Shown: positions 51,416-61,292 of the stretch, one piece after another
Position numbering within the stretch: the first letter of the stretch is position 1
Layout of the letters: every line of letters starts with the position of its first letter
Notes under the pieces: generated by a model
Seen by the model: the letters and a program-made list of their open reading frames with translations, nothing else
Database searches by the model: none
What the model was told of the DNA's origin: nothing
Assembly: GCA_965261735.1 (NCBI GenBank)
Contig: OZ253470.1
Coordinates: 992,001-1,056,000, forward strand
Reading direction: 5' to 3'
Origin: Alphaproteobacteria bacterium
Lineage (GTDB): Bacteria > Pseudomonadota > Alphaproteobacteria > SHVV01
Length of the DNA stretch: 64,000 nucleotides
Program-made: the position numbers and the translations under genes

Positions 51416-53185
51416 TTGGCCACTCAGGCGGAAAGCATAAGGGGCGCGGGCGGCGAGGGCGCCTACATGCGCTGGATCCGCGAGATTGCGGGCGGCAACC
51501 GGGTCCTGATGTGGGCGATCATGGCGCTGGTCGCGTTTCTTGCCCTCTATCCGATCTACTGGCTCTTTCGTGGCAGCTTCTACAGCGCCGAGCCGTTCGC
51601 CGAGGGTCACTGGACGCTCCAGAACTACGTCCGCGCCTTCACCGATTCCACCATCGTCGATACCATCATCAATACGCTGATCTTCTCGGTCGGCCAGATG
51701 GTGATCGGCGTGCTGATCGGCGCGTCCTTGGGGTGGATCGTCTCGCGCACCAATACGCCGGGCCGAGCGACCTTCGAGATCCTGCTGATCATCCTCTTCA
51801 TGGTGCCGTCGTTGCTCGCTGTCGTCGCCTGGACGCTGCTCCTCAGCCCGGGCAAAGGCCTGATCAACACCGTCAGCGCCTATTTGTTCGACCTCGATGT
51901 CGGACCGTTCGACATCTACTCGATGGGCGGCATGATCTTCCTTCAGGGCATGTATCTGTCGCCGTTCACCTACCTCATCATTGCGCCCTCGTTCACCTCG
52001 ATCGACGCCGGTCTCGAGGAATCGGCGCGGATGTCGGGCGCGGGCGTCTTCCAGGTGTTCTGGCGGGTCACCTTGCCGCTGGCGTGGCCGGCGATTCTCT
52101 CCGCGTCGATCCTGATGTTCGTGTTCGGCCTCGAATCCTTCGATATCCCGCAGCTCCTGGGGGCGCCGTCGCGAATCTTCACCTTCACCTCGCTCATCTA
52201 CAGCTCGCTCGAAGTGTTCGATCCGGCGGATTACGGTGTGAGTACTGCCCTGTCCACCAGCCTTCTCGTCATTGCCATTATTTGCGTCTACTACTACCAG
52301 CGCTCGATCCGCCACGCTTCCCGTTACGAGACGATCAAGGGCAAGGGCTACCGGGTCGGAATCGTCGATATCGGCGGATGGAAGTGGGTCACCTTCGGCG
52401 TCTGCTGCCTGTTCTTCTTCATTACCGTCGTTCTCCCCTTGGCTATTCTGTTCGTCGGGTCGTTCCTGCGCTTCTTCGGCAAGTTCGACATGGCCGTGTT
52501 CGACCGCATGACGTTGGCGAACTACCCCAAGGTCATCAACCACCCCCTGATCGTCAACGCCTTCATCAACAGCCTGTCGCTGGCCCTCTTCGCCGGCGGG
52601 CTGTGCGTGTTGCTGGCGGCCGTCGTCGCCTTCATCACGGTCAAGACGCAAGTGCCTGGCCGCAAATGGCTCGACGCCATCACCATGCTGCCGATCTCGT
52701 TCCCCTCGACCGTGCTCGCGGTGGCGCTGCTGTGGGCTTGGATCTCGGTGCCGCACTGGATACCGGTCTACGGCACGCTGGCGATCCTCGCGGTTGCCTA
52801 CATCACCCGCTACGTCCCGATCGGCCTCAGGACGGTGATCGGCGGCGTCATTCAGATTAGCGACGAACTCGAGGCGGCTTCGAAGATGTCGGGCGCGACC
52901 TGGCTCTACACCTTCCGTCGCATCATCCTGCCGCTGGTCAAACCGACGCTGTTGGCGGCGTGGTTGATGATGTTCCTCATCTTCATGCGCGAGCTGTCGA
53001 TGTCGATCCTGTTGTCGGGCCCTGGCAACCCGGTGATTTCGGTCGTCATGTTCGACTACTACCAGTCCGGAGAGCTGCCGCAGTTGGCGGCGGCATCCTT
53101 CCTGATGATCGTGGTCACCGTCGTCGTCGTGCTGGGCGCGCGCCGCCTACTCAACATCCGCTACGCCGAGCTCAAGGTCGGCTGA
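51416..53185 (+). CDS. ABC permease 2, paralogue of permease 1
   Basis: Shared blocks SRYETIKGKGYRVG, RELSMSI, MFDYYQSGELP. Confidence 0.9.
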   Translation: MATQAESIRGAGGEGAYMRWIREIAGGNRVLMWAIMALVAFLALYPIYWLFRGSFYSAEPFAEGHWTLQNYVRAFTDSTIVDTIINTLIFSVGQMVIGVLIGASLGWIVSRTNTPGRATFEILLIILFMVPSLLAVVAWTLLLSPGKGLINTVSAYLFDLDVGPFDIYSMGGMIFLQGMYLSPFTYLIIAPSFTSIDAGLEESARMSGAGVFQVFWRVTLPLAWPAILSASILMFVFGLESFDIPQLLGAPSRIFTFTSLIYSSLEVFDPADYGVSTALSTSLLVIAIICVYYYQRSIRHASRYETIKGKGYRVGIVDIGGWKWVTFGVCCLFFFITVVLPLAILFVGSFLRFFGKFDMAVFDRMTLANYPKVINHPLIVNAFINSLSLALFAGGLCVLLAAVVAFITVKTQVPGRKWLDAITMLPISFPSTVLAVALLWAWISVPHWIPVYGTLAILAVAYITRYVPIGLRTVIGGVIQISDELEAASKMSGATWLYTFRRIILPLVKPTLLAAWLMMFLIFMRELSMSILLSGPGNPVISVVMFDYYQSGELPQLAAASFLMIVVTVVVVLGARRLLNIRYAELKVG

Positions 53186-53210
53186 GGCCGCGAGCCCCGC
53201 CCCTGGCCGG

Positions 53211-54251
53211 TCAGGAAAAGTTCGGCATGACCTGGTGCGCCAGCTTGTCGATGGTATCGCGCAGATCGAAGTCGGCGCCGCCGACGTAGAAGATCCACTT
53301 GCGTAGGCCCAACGCGCCAAATTCATGCAGCCGCTGCGTGACGTCGTCGGGCGTACCCCACAGGCGCGGCGAGCGCGATAGGACCCAGTCGTAGATGCCG
53401 AGGCGCTTCGCCAGCTCGACTTGCCGGCGCCCCCGCCCCGGCGTCTTGTAGGCGAGATCGAGGTCGTGCGCGTCCGAGGTCAGCTCGCGAACCAAGGGCT
53501 TGTACTCCTCGGGGATGCGCTTGCCCTCCATGCTTCCCATGGTCATCCAGTCGATGGCCCAGCCGAAGCCGTCGGCCATGGCCGCCTCGGCGCTGGCCGC
53601 GAACTTCACGTCGCAGGTCCACCAGATGTCGAGCTCGTCCGGGTTGCGGCCGACCTCGGCGCAAGCCTCGGCAATGAGGTCGTTGGCGTAGGCGATGTCC
53701 TCGGGTGCGTAGCCCATGGCGACGATCAGGCCGTCGGCGACCTGGGCCGCCATCTTGAGGGTCTTGGGGCCGGCGCAGGCGACGATGATCGGGACCTCGA
53801 CCGGCGGTGACCAGCCGCCCCACTCGGCCTTGAAGGTCTTGCCCTCCCACCGCGCCGCCTCGCCCCGCAGCAAGGCCTTTACGGCGAGGATGTACTCGCG
53901 CAGGTAGGCGAGCTTCGCCGGTTTGACGCCGATGCTCCAGAGCGCGCTGTCGCCGGTGGCGATGCCCAGGATGAGGCGGCCAGGCGCCAGCTCCTCGAGT
54001 GAAAAGGCGGCCGTCGCCGTCACCGAGGGATGTCGCGTCACCGGGTTGGTCACGGCGGTCATGATGGTCGTGCGCTTGGTGTTGAGCGCGCACATGGCGC
54101 TGGTGATGTAGATCTCGCGCAACAGGATCGGCGAATCGGCGATCCCGACCGCTTGGATGCCGACCTCGTCACACATCTTGACGAGGTCGACGAAGTCGGA
54201 CGGTGGCCCTTGCGTGAAATTGAGGCAGAACTCCATCTTCGTGTCAGCCAT
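53211..54251 (-). CDS. LLM-class (Mer-like) oxidoreductase
   Basis: ADSP, VTNPVTRHP, ATGDSA, ACAGPK. Confidence 0.85.
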   Translation of the reverse strand: MADTKMEFCLNFTQGPPSDFVDLVKMCDEVGIQAVGIADSPILLREIYITSAMCALNTKRTTIMTAVTNPVTRHPSVTATAAFSLEELAPGRLILGIATGDSALWSIGVKPAKLAYLREYILAVKALLRGEAARWEGKTFKAEWGGWSPPVEVPIIVACAGPKTLKMAAQVADGLIVAMGYAPEDIAYANDLIAEACAEVGRNPDELDIWWTCDVKFAASAEAAMADGFGWAIDWMTMGSMEGKRIPEEYKPLVRELTSDAHDLDLAYKTPGRGRRQVELAKRLGIYDWVLSRSPRLWGTPDDVTQRLHEFGALGLRKWIFYVGGADFDLRDTIDKLAHQVMPNFS

Positions 54252-54311
54252 TGTCCTCACCGCTCCCGAGCCTGTTTCAACCGGTCTCGTCAGATGTTGC
54301 GCACGCCGCAC

Positions 54312-55373
54312 CTACGCGAAGTGCGGCATGATCTGTTGTGCCAACGTATCGATCTGCTCGTACTTGGCCGCGTCGGGGCCACCGACCAGCAGGCCGCCGC
54401 TGTGGTGGAGGAACATCCAGTTCGTGAGCCCCATGTCGCCGAGCTCTCTGAGGCGACGGGTCACGTCGTCTGGCGTACCCCACAGGCGCGGCGAACGCTC
54501 GACCAGCCAGTCGTAGAGCCCCAGGCGCTTGGCGCGCTCGACCAGCATGTGGCCGCGGTCTGGTGTCTTGTAGACGGCCTCGAGGTTGTGGGTGTCGGCG
54601 TTCATCTCGAGCAGCGGCGCCTTGAACGCCTCGGGGATGCCCTTGCCTTCGAGGCTGCCCATGGTGAGCCACCCCGTGGTCCAGCCGATGCCGACCGCCA
54701 TCGCCTCCTCGACGCTCGGCGCGAACACGACTTGGCAGTTCCACCAGATCGGCAGCGCGTCGGGGTCGCGCCCAACCTCGGCGCAACCCGACGCTATGAC
54801 GCGACCGACGTCGCGAATGTCGTCGGGCGCGAAACCCATTGTGATGATAAACCCATCGGCGACCTGCGCCGCCATGCGCAGCGTCTTCGGTCCCGAGCAG
54901 GCGACGTAGATGGGCACGTCGACCGGGGGCGCCCACGCGCTCCACTCAGGCGCGAAGGTTTTCCCCTCCCAGGTCGCCGCCTCGCCCCGCAGCAGCGCCT
55001 TGACCGCGACGATGTAGTCGCGCAAGCGGGCCACGGGCGCGGGCTTGAGGCCGACCGCCCACATCGCGCTGTCGCCGGTCCCGATGCCGAGCGCGATTCG
55101 CCCGGGCGCGAGATCGTTGAGGCTCAGCAGCGCCGCGGCGGTCACCGACGGGTGCCGCGACAGGGGGTTCGTGACCGCGGTAATGATCCGCGATTGCGTC
55201 GTGTTGGCCGCGCACACGGTGGCGGTGACGTACATCTCCCGGAGCAGCGCGGGCGAATCGGGGATGCCGACATGAATGCCGGCCGCATCGCACGCGCGGT
55301 ACCAGGCCGCCACCTCGTCGAGCCGCTGGGTCTGAGTGAAAATGATGCAGAACTGCATCTTGGTGTGGGACAT
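54312..55373 (-). CDS. LLM-class (Mer-like) oxidoreductase
   Basis: PDSP, VTNPLSRHP, GIGTGDSA, ACSGPK. Confidence 0.85.
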   Translation of the reverse strand: MSHTKMQFCIIFTQTQRLDEVAAWYRACDAAGIHVGIPDSPALLREMYVTATVCAANTTQSRIITAVTNPLSRHPSVTAAALLSLNDLAPGRIALGIGTGDSAMWAVGLKPAPVARLRDYIVAVKALLRGEAATWEGKTFAPEWSAWAPPVDVPIYVACSGPKTLRMAAQVADGFIITMGFAPDDIRDVGRVIASGCAEVGRDPDALPIWWNCQVVFAPSVEEAMAVGIGWTTGWLTMGSLEGKGIPEAFKAPLLEMNADTHNLEAVYKTPDRGHMLVERAKRLGLYDWLVERSPRLWGTPDDVTRRLRELGDMGLTNWMFLHHSGGLLVGGPDAAKYEQIDTLAQQIMPHFA

Positions 55374-55466
55374 GGTTTAGTCATAAAGGATTCCCGGACG
55401 TGGGGCAAAACCGTTGTATTGTGCGCGCCCGCGGGGCGGTTGAGGGCGTGGACACGGGGGGCGGAA

Positions 55467-56681
55467 ATGGCGCGGGATGAGACGGCGACGATGCTGCGCC
55501 GCGACGCCAAGGTCGTCGGCATCATCTCCTCCGGTCACTTCTTCAGCCACTTCTACCACCTGCTCCTGCCGCCCCTGTTCCCGGTGTTCAAGGAGGTGTT
55601 CGGCGTCAGCTACACCTCGCTGGCGTTCGTCATCGCCGCGGCCAGTCTAGCCAGCGTTCTGAGCCAAACTCCGCTCGGTTTTCTCGTCGACCGCTTTGGC
55701 GGGCGGCGCATCCTGATCGCTGGGCTGTGCTGCCAGAGCTTGGCGACGATGTTGATCGGCCTTTCCTTCTCCTACGCGTCCTTCACGGCCCTGGTGGTCA
55801 TCGCGGCCATCGCCAACTCGGTCTATCACCCGGCCGACTACGCGCTCCTCACCGCCTCGGTCGAACGCGGCCGGCTGGGACGAGCCTTTAGCGTCCACAC
55901 CTTCAGCGGTAACGTCGGCTGGGCGGTCGCGCCCGGGACCATCATCGCCCTAAGCGCGCTATGGGGCTGGCGCACGGCGTTCATGGCGCTCGGCCTCCTC
56001 GGACTCTTGACGGCGCTCTACATGTGGTCGCAGCGCGGGCTGCTGAGGGGCGAGACGCGCCCGCGGCCGCAGGACGAGGACGCTCGCCCGGCGCCGAGCC
56101 TGCGCGAGGGCGTGGCCCTCCTGGCCTCGCCGCCGATCCTGATGGCGCTCCTGTTTTTCATCCTGCTCGCCATCAGCTTCGGCAGCATCCGCAGCTTCTC
56201 GGTCGCCGCGCTCGTGATCATGTACGACACGCCCCTGGCGACCGCCAACGGCGCCCTAACCGGCCTCCTCGTCGGCAGCGCGGCCGGCATCCTGGCCGGA
56301 GGCGTCATCGCCGATCGCTTCGGGCGCCCGTCACAAACGGCGGCCCTCGGCTTTGTCGTCGCCGCCGGTATGATCGCGCTCATCGGCAGCATCGCCATGC
56401 CGGTCGCCGTCCTCGTCGCCGTGTTCGCGGCCGCCGGCTTCTTCAACGGCATGGTCCAACCCTCCCGCGACCTGCTGGTCCGTCAGGTGACGCCGCCGGG
56501 ATCGACCGGAAAGGTCTTCGGCTTCGTCTCCACCGGATTCAGCATCGGCGAGACCGTCATGCCGCCGATCGTCGGCTGGATGCTCGACCATGGCGATCCG
56601 CGCTGGGTGTTCTGGTTCAGCGCCGCGGTACTGCTGTCGGCGCTGGTGACGGTCGGCGCGCTCAAGAAGAGTGGGCGCTGA
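55467..56681 (+). CDS. MFS transporter
   Basis: HFFSHFY, GFLVDRFGGRR motif A, SVYHP; many hydrophobic segments. Confidence 0.88.
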   Translation: MARDETATMLRRDAKVVGIISSGHFFSHFYHLLLPPLFPVFKEVFGVSYTSLAFVIAAASLASVLSQTPLGFLVDRFGGRRILIAGLCCQSLATMLIGLSFSYASFTALVVIAAIANSVYHPADYALLTASVERGRLGRAFSVHTFSGNVGWAVAPGTIIALSALWGWRTAFMALGLLGLLTALYMWSQRGLLRGETRPRPQDEDARPAPSLREGVALLASPPILMALLFFILLAISFGSIRSFSVAALVIMYDTPLATANGALTGLLVGSAAGILAGGVIADRFGRPSQTAALGFVVAAGMIALIGSIAMPVAVLVAVFAAAGFFNGMVQPSRDLLVRQVTPPGSTGKVFGFVSTGFSIGETVMPPIVGWMLDHGDPRWVFWFSAAVLLSALVTVGALKKSGR

Positions 56682-56768
56682 CGACGATGGCCGTATCCGT
56701 TCCGCCGTTGCCCAACCGGCGATGGCGCGCTACACGGGTGGCTCAGCCGCCTTCGAGGTGACCTCGCG

Positions 56769-57013
56769 ATGACCTATTGTGTGGGCATGCTGCTAAAGGC
56801 GGGCCTCGTGATGATGTCCGACACGCGCACCAATGCGGGCGTCGACAACATCTCGACCTACCGCAAGATGACCATCTGGGAGAAGCCGGGCGAGCGCGTG
56901 ATGGTGCTGCTCTCGGCCGGCAACCTGGCCGCCACCCAGTCCGTCGTCACCCTGCTGGACGAAGGCATCGAGGTGAGCGGGGAGCTCGTCACCATGAGCA
57001 ACGTGCGATCGAT
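56769..57013 (+). pseudogene. Proteasome-type protease (Anbu-like), 5' fragment
   Basis: MTYCVG...SDTRTNAGVDNISTYRK...SAGNLA; similarity ends after about 81 codons. Confidence 0.85.
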
Positions 57014-57442
57014 ACCGCATGCGGCCGACATGAACTGCTTGTTGGCGAGAATCAGCTCTGCCGGCACCACGCCATCCTTGAGGATCTTCTGCTCGTGATA
57101 GACGTCGTGCAGAAACAGGTTCAGCGCCGTGACTCGCTGCGTGACACCATCCTTCAAGAGCCGCCAGTCGCTGCGCGACAGGATGCGGGGAATGACGTCG
57201 AAGGGGAGAATACGGTCGACCGCGTCGCTGTCGCTGTAGACCGTGAAGGTGATGCCGAGGTTGTAGAGTTCGCGCTCGGCATCCCTGGCCCGCGCCCTCA
57301 GCGTATCCAGGTTGAGCTCGTCCAGGATCCGGCGCACCGGTCGCGTATGTTCCGCAGCCGCGCCACTGCGGCCCATCATTTCGCAATAGTACCCGTCGGG
57401 GTCGTAGTGGGTGAGCACACCGTGCTCGGCGTTTCTTATCAC
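57008..57442 (-). pseudogene. Circularly permuted type 2 ATP-grasp protein, 5' fragment
   Basis: GITFTVY, DRILPFDVIPRI, QRVTALNLFLHDVY, ILKDGVVP; breaks at ACGID. Confidence 0.85.
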
Positions 57443-57639
57443 TCGATCTCCTTTTGACGGGGGCCGCGGCGGCACGGTCCCCGAGGAGCGGGCGCGATCC
57501 CGCGTTCCCGCCTAGAGTGTAGTGTCGATCCTTCCGCACCGTAAACGAGGACGGCTCGCCACCACCGAGCGCGCCCTTGCCAGGCGCTGCCGCCGCGGGT
57601 CAGGATACGAGCCGCACCGCGACTTCACGGGAGGGGGCG

Positions 57640-59937
57640 TTGGGACAGTTCGGTATCGGGCAGCCGGTACGCCGCCGCGAGGATGATCGCCTGATCGTCG
57701 GCCAGGGCCGATTCCTCGATGACATCGACGTGCCCGGCCAAGCTGCGGCGTACCTTCTGCGCTCGCCCTACGCGCACGCCGAGATCACGGGAATCGACGT
57801 TCAGGCGGCGCTCGCTGCGCCCCACGTCGTTGGCGTGCTGACCGCGGCCGACTATGCCGCCGCCGGCCTCGGCGCGCTCTTTAGCCCGATCAAGATCACC
57901 AGCAAGGACGGCAGCCCGCGGGCCGATCCGCCGCGCTGGCCGCTGGCCGTCGATCGCGTGCGCCATGTCGGTGACCCCGTGGCGATGGTCGTCGCCGAGG
58001 ACCTGGCTTCAGCTAAGGACGCTGCCGAACTCATCGTCGTCGACTACGCCGTGTTGCCGGCCGTCGTCGATCCGATCAAAGCGCAGGCGCCGGGAGCACC
58101 CGAGCTATGGGCGGAAGCGCCCCGGAATGTCTGCTTCGACTGGGAGAGCGGCGATCGCGCCGCAACCGATGCCGCGTTCGCCGGTGCCGCCCACATCGCC
58201 GCCATCGACATCATCAACAACCGGGTCGTGGCCAACAGCCTCGAGCCGCGCGGCGCCATCGCCGTGCCCGAGCCGGGCGGCCGGCTCTGCTTCTACGTCT
58301 CCTCGCAAGGTGCCCACGCGATCCGCGGCGATCTCTGCAAGCAGATCTTCAACCTGCCGCCGGAGGCCATTCGCGTCGTCACGCCGGATGTCGGCGGCGC
58401 CTTCGGCATGAAGGCGTTTACCTACCCCGAATATGCGCTCGTCGCCTGGGCGGCCAGGCGCTTTGAGCGCCCGGTCCGGTGGATGGCGGAGCGCAGCGAG
58501 GCCTTTCTGAGCGACAATCAGGGGCGCGATCACGTCACCCACGCCGAGCTCGCGCTCGACGCCGACGCGCATTTCCTGGCCATGCGGGCGTCGGTGACCG
58601 GCAACATGGGCGCCTACGTCTCGAAGTTCACGCCCTTTATCCTGACGGGCGCGCAAGCGCTGCTAACGGGGCCCTACAGGACGCCGCTGGTGTACGCCGA
58701 GGTCAAGGGCGTGCTGACCAACACGGTCGCGGTCGACGCCTATCGCGGGGCCGGGCGGCCCGAGGCCAACTACGTGCGCGAGCGCCTGATCGACGCGGCG
58801 GCGCGCGAGGTCGGCATCGAGCGCGCCGAGCTGCGCCGGCGCAACTTCATCCCGCCCGAAGCCATGCCGTACGCGGCGCCGTTGACCTTCACGTTCGACA
58901 GCGGTGAGTTCGCCCGCAATCTCGGCGACGCGCAGGAGCTGGCTGACTGGGCGGGCTTCGCCGACCGCCGCGAGGAGTCGCGCGTACGCGGCAAGCTGCG
59001 CGGTATCGGCGTCGCCTCCTATCTCGAATCGAGCGGCGCCTCGGCCGACGAGCAGGCGACCATCCGCGTCGATTCCGCCGGCACCCTCACGGTGCGCAGC
59101 GGCCAGATGAGCGGCGGCCAGGGCCACGAGACGGCGTTTGCCCAGATCGTCGAGGAGCGCCTCGGTGTTCCGTGGAACGCGATCACGGTGGTCCAGGGTG
59201 ACACCGGCATGGTCACGACCGGTGGCGGGACGGGGGGCTCGCGATCGCTCGTCTTTGGCGGCGGTGCCGTCCTCGCCGCCGCCGACGCGGTGATCGAAAA
59301 CGGCAAGACGGTCGCGGCCGATCTGCTGGAGGCGGCGGCGGCCGACCTCGACTACGCCGAGGCCGCCTTCCACGTCGCCGGGACCGACAGGCGTGTCGGC
59401 CTCTTCGAGGTTGCGGCGAACGGCAGCGACGGGCTCGAGGGCGTCGGCACGTTCGCGCCCGAGGTCGGGCGCACCTTCCCCAACGGCTGCCACATCTGCG
59501 AGCTCGAGGTCGATCCGGAAACCGGTCGCGTCGATATTCTTCGCTACAGCGTCGTCGACGATTTCGGCAAGCTGCTCAATCCACTGCTCGTCGAAGGCCA
59601 GGTCCAGGGCGGCACCGCACAGGGGATCGGGCAGGCGCTGTTCGAGGAGTGCTCGTTCGATGCCGAATCCGGCCAGCTCCTCACCGGCTCGTTCATGGAC
59701 TACGCCTTGCCGCGCGCGAGCGACATACCGGCTCTCGCCTTCGCTGCCAACGAGGTTCTTTGCCCCAGCAACCCGCTCGGCGTAAAGGGGTGCGGGGAGG
59801 CGGGCGCCACGGGCGCGCCGCCGGCGGTCATGAACGCGTTGCTCGATGCGTTGAGCGCCGTCGGCGTTACCCGCATCGACATGCCGGCCACCGCCGAGCG
59901 CGTCTGGCGTGCTATCGCGGCCGCCACAGCGGCGTAG
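57640..59937 (+). CDS. Xanthine dehydrogenase/CoxL-like molybdopterin-binding subunit
   Basis: RREDDRL, RSPYAHA, VGGAFG, AYRGAGRPE, GQGHET, KGCGEAG. Confidence 0.9.
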   Translation: MGQFGIGQPVRRREDDRLIVGQGRFLDDIDVPGQAAAYLLRSPYAHAEITGIDVQAALAAPHVVGVLTAADYAAAGLGALFSPIKITSKDGSPRADPPRWPLAVDRVRHVGDPVAMVVAEDLASAKDAAELIVVDYAVLPAVVDPIKAQAPGAPELWAEAPRNVCFDWESGDRAATDAAFAGAAHIAAIDIINNRVVANSLEPRGAIAVPEPGGRLCFYVSSQGAHAIRGDLCKQIFNLPPEAIRVVTPDVGGAFGMKAFTYPEYALVAWAARRFERPVRWMAERSEAFLSDNQGRDHVTHAELALDADAHFLAMRASVTGNMGAYVSKFTPFILTGAQALLTGPYRTPLVYAEVKGVLTNTVAVDAYRGAGRPEANYVRERLIDAAAREVGIERAELRRRNFIPPEAMPYAAPLTFTFDSGEFARNLGDAQELADWAGFADRREESRVRGKLRGIGVASYLESSGASADEQATIRVDSAGTLTVRSGQMSGGQGHETAFAQIVEERLGVPWNAITVVQGDTGMVTTGGGTGGSRSLVFGGGAVLAAADAVIENGKTVAADLLEAAAADLDYAEAAFHVAGTDRRVGLFEVAANGSDGLEGVGTFAPEVGRTFPNGCHICELEVDPETGRVDILRYSVVDDFGKLLNPLLVEGQVQGGTAQGIGQALFEECSFDAESGQLLTGSFMDYALPRASDIPALAFAANEVLCPSNPLGVKGCGEAGATGAPPAVMNALLDALSAVGVTRIDMPATAERVWRAIAAATAA

Positions 59938-59945
59938 GGTCGCCC

Positions 59946-60366
59946 TTAGTCGCCGAGCAAGTGCAGGACGACCTCCCGGGTGTGGCCTCGGGTGCGATGC
60001 TCGAACAGGTAGATTCCCTGCCAGGTGCCGAGCGCGAGGCGGCCGCCGATAAGGGGGACGGCGAGCTGCGTCGCGGTCAGCGCGGCGCGGATGTGGGCCG
60101 GCATGTCGTCGGCGCCCTCTGCCGTGTGGCGATAGAGCCGGACATCGTCCGGCGCGAGCCGCGAGAAGAATGGTGTCGAGATCGCGGACGACGTCGGGAT
60201 CGGCATTCTCCTGGATCGTCAGCGAGGCGGACGTGTGCGGGACGAACAGGGTGAGCAGGCCCTCGGCGATGCCCTGGGCGCTCACCCACCGGGCGACCTC
60301 GTCCGTGATGTCGAACAGGCCGCGTCCCGGCGTGCGCCGGCTGAAGCGGTGGCTCGCTTGCCGCAT
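59946..60366 (-). pseudogene. yjbQ: YjbQ (UPF0047) protein, +1 frameshift near 60171
   Basis: PHTSASLTIQENADPDV, then shifted HTAEGADDMPAHI...LGTWQGIYLFEHR. Confidence 0.8.
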
Positions 60367-60449
60367 ACCCGAGATATATATCGCATCGCGGGACCTTGTC
60401 GCGCGGCCACGCTTTCCTTCTCCCCTGGTTCGTGTTGAGATCGGCCGCC

Positions 60450-61253
60450 ATGACGGAAGGGCTGGCCACGCCATCGACGCGCGATCGCGCGGAGCGCGAG
60501 TTTCCCGAGGGCGCCGCGATCGTGGCCGGCGGCAGCGGCGGTCTGGGCCAAGCCGTTTGCGATCTGCTTGCGCGCCGCGGCAGCGATGTCGCGCTCACCT
60601 ATCACCATAACCGCGAGGCGGGGGAAACGGGAGCGGCGATGGTCCGCGCCCAGGGGCGCGAGGCCGAGCTTCGCCAAGTGCAGCTTCAGGATTCGCCGGC
60701 GGTGGGGCTGTTTCTGAGCGACATGGTCGAGCGCTTTGGCGGCGTCCACAGCGTCGTCTATGCCGCTGGGCCCGACATCCGCCAGCGCTACGTGAGCGAG
60801 GTTACGCCCAAGGAATGGCGCGAGTCGGTGGATGCGGACCTCAACGGCTTCTTCAACCTCGTTCACGCGGCGCTGCCGTGCTTGCGGGCGCGTCGCGGGG
60901 CCCTTGTCGCCATCACCACGATGGCCCATGTCCGCTACCCGCCGCGCGACATCCTCTCGGCGGCGCCCAAGGCGGCGGTCGAGCAGCTCGTCCAGGGCAT
61001 CGCCCGCGAAGAGGGGCGCTACGGCGTGCGCGCCAACTGCGTCGCGCCGGGCATGATCGAGGCTGGCCTCGGTCAACGCATCATCGACAACGAATTCACG
61101 CCCGAGGTGGCAGCGGCGGTGCGCCGCAACGCCGCCCTGCGGCGCTTCGGCCGTATCGAAGAGGTTGCCGAGGCGGTGGTCTTTCTCGCCTCCGCCCGGG
61201 CCTCCTACGTGACCGGTACAACTCTGGTCGTGGATGGCGGCGCGAGTATCTAG
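60450..61253 (+). CDS. Short-chain dehydrogenase/reductase
   Basis: AGGSGGLG, NCVAPG, YVTG...VDGG; S-x3-K in place of Y-x3-K. Confidence 0.85.
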   Translation: MTEGLATPSTRDRAEREFPEGAAIVAGGSGGLGQAVCDLLARRGSDVALTYHHNREAGETGAAMVRAQGREAELRQVQLQDSPAVGLFLSDMVERFGGVHSVVYAAGPDIRQRYVSEVTPKEWRESVDADLNGFFNLVHAALPCLRARRGALVAITTMAHVRYPPRDILSAAPKAAVEQLVQGIAREEGRYGVRANCVAPGMIEAGLGQRIIDNEFTPEVAAAVRRNAALRRFGRIEEVAEAVVFLASARASYVTGTTLVVDGGASI

Positions 61254-61292
61254 GCGGCGCGCCCAACAGCCTGCGGGCAAGGAGAGGGAGCA

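Noticed and set aside
54030-56681. 883-aa ORF suggesting a large fusion protein
   Set aside because: The N-terminal part is antisense to the LLM genes; only the MFS from 55467 is credible
57640-59937. True aerobic CO dehydrogenase (form I CoxL)
   Set aside because: Has AYRGAGR, not AYxCSFR, and no adjacent coxM/coxS
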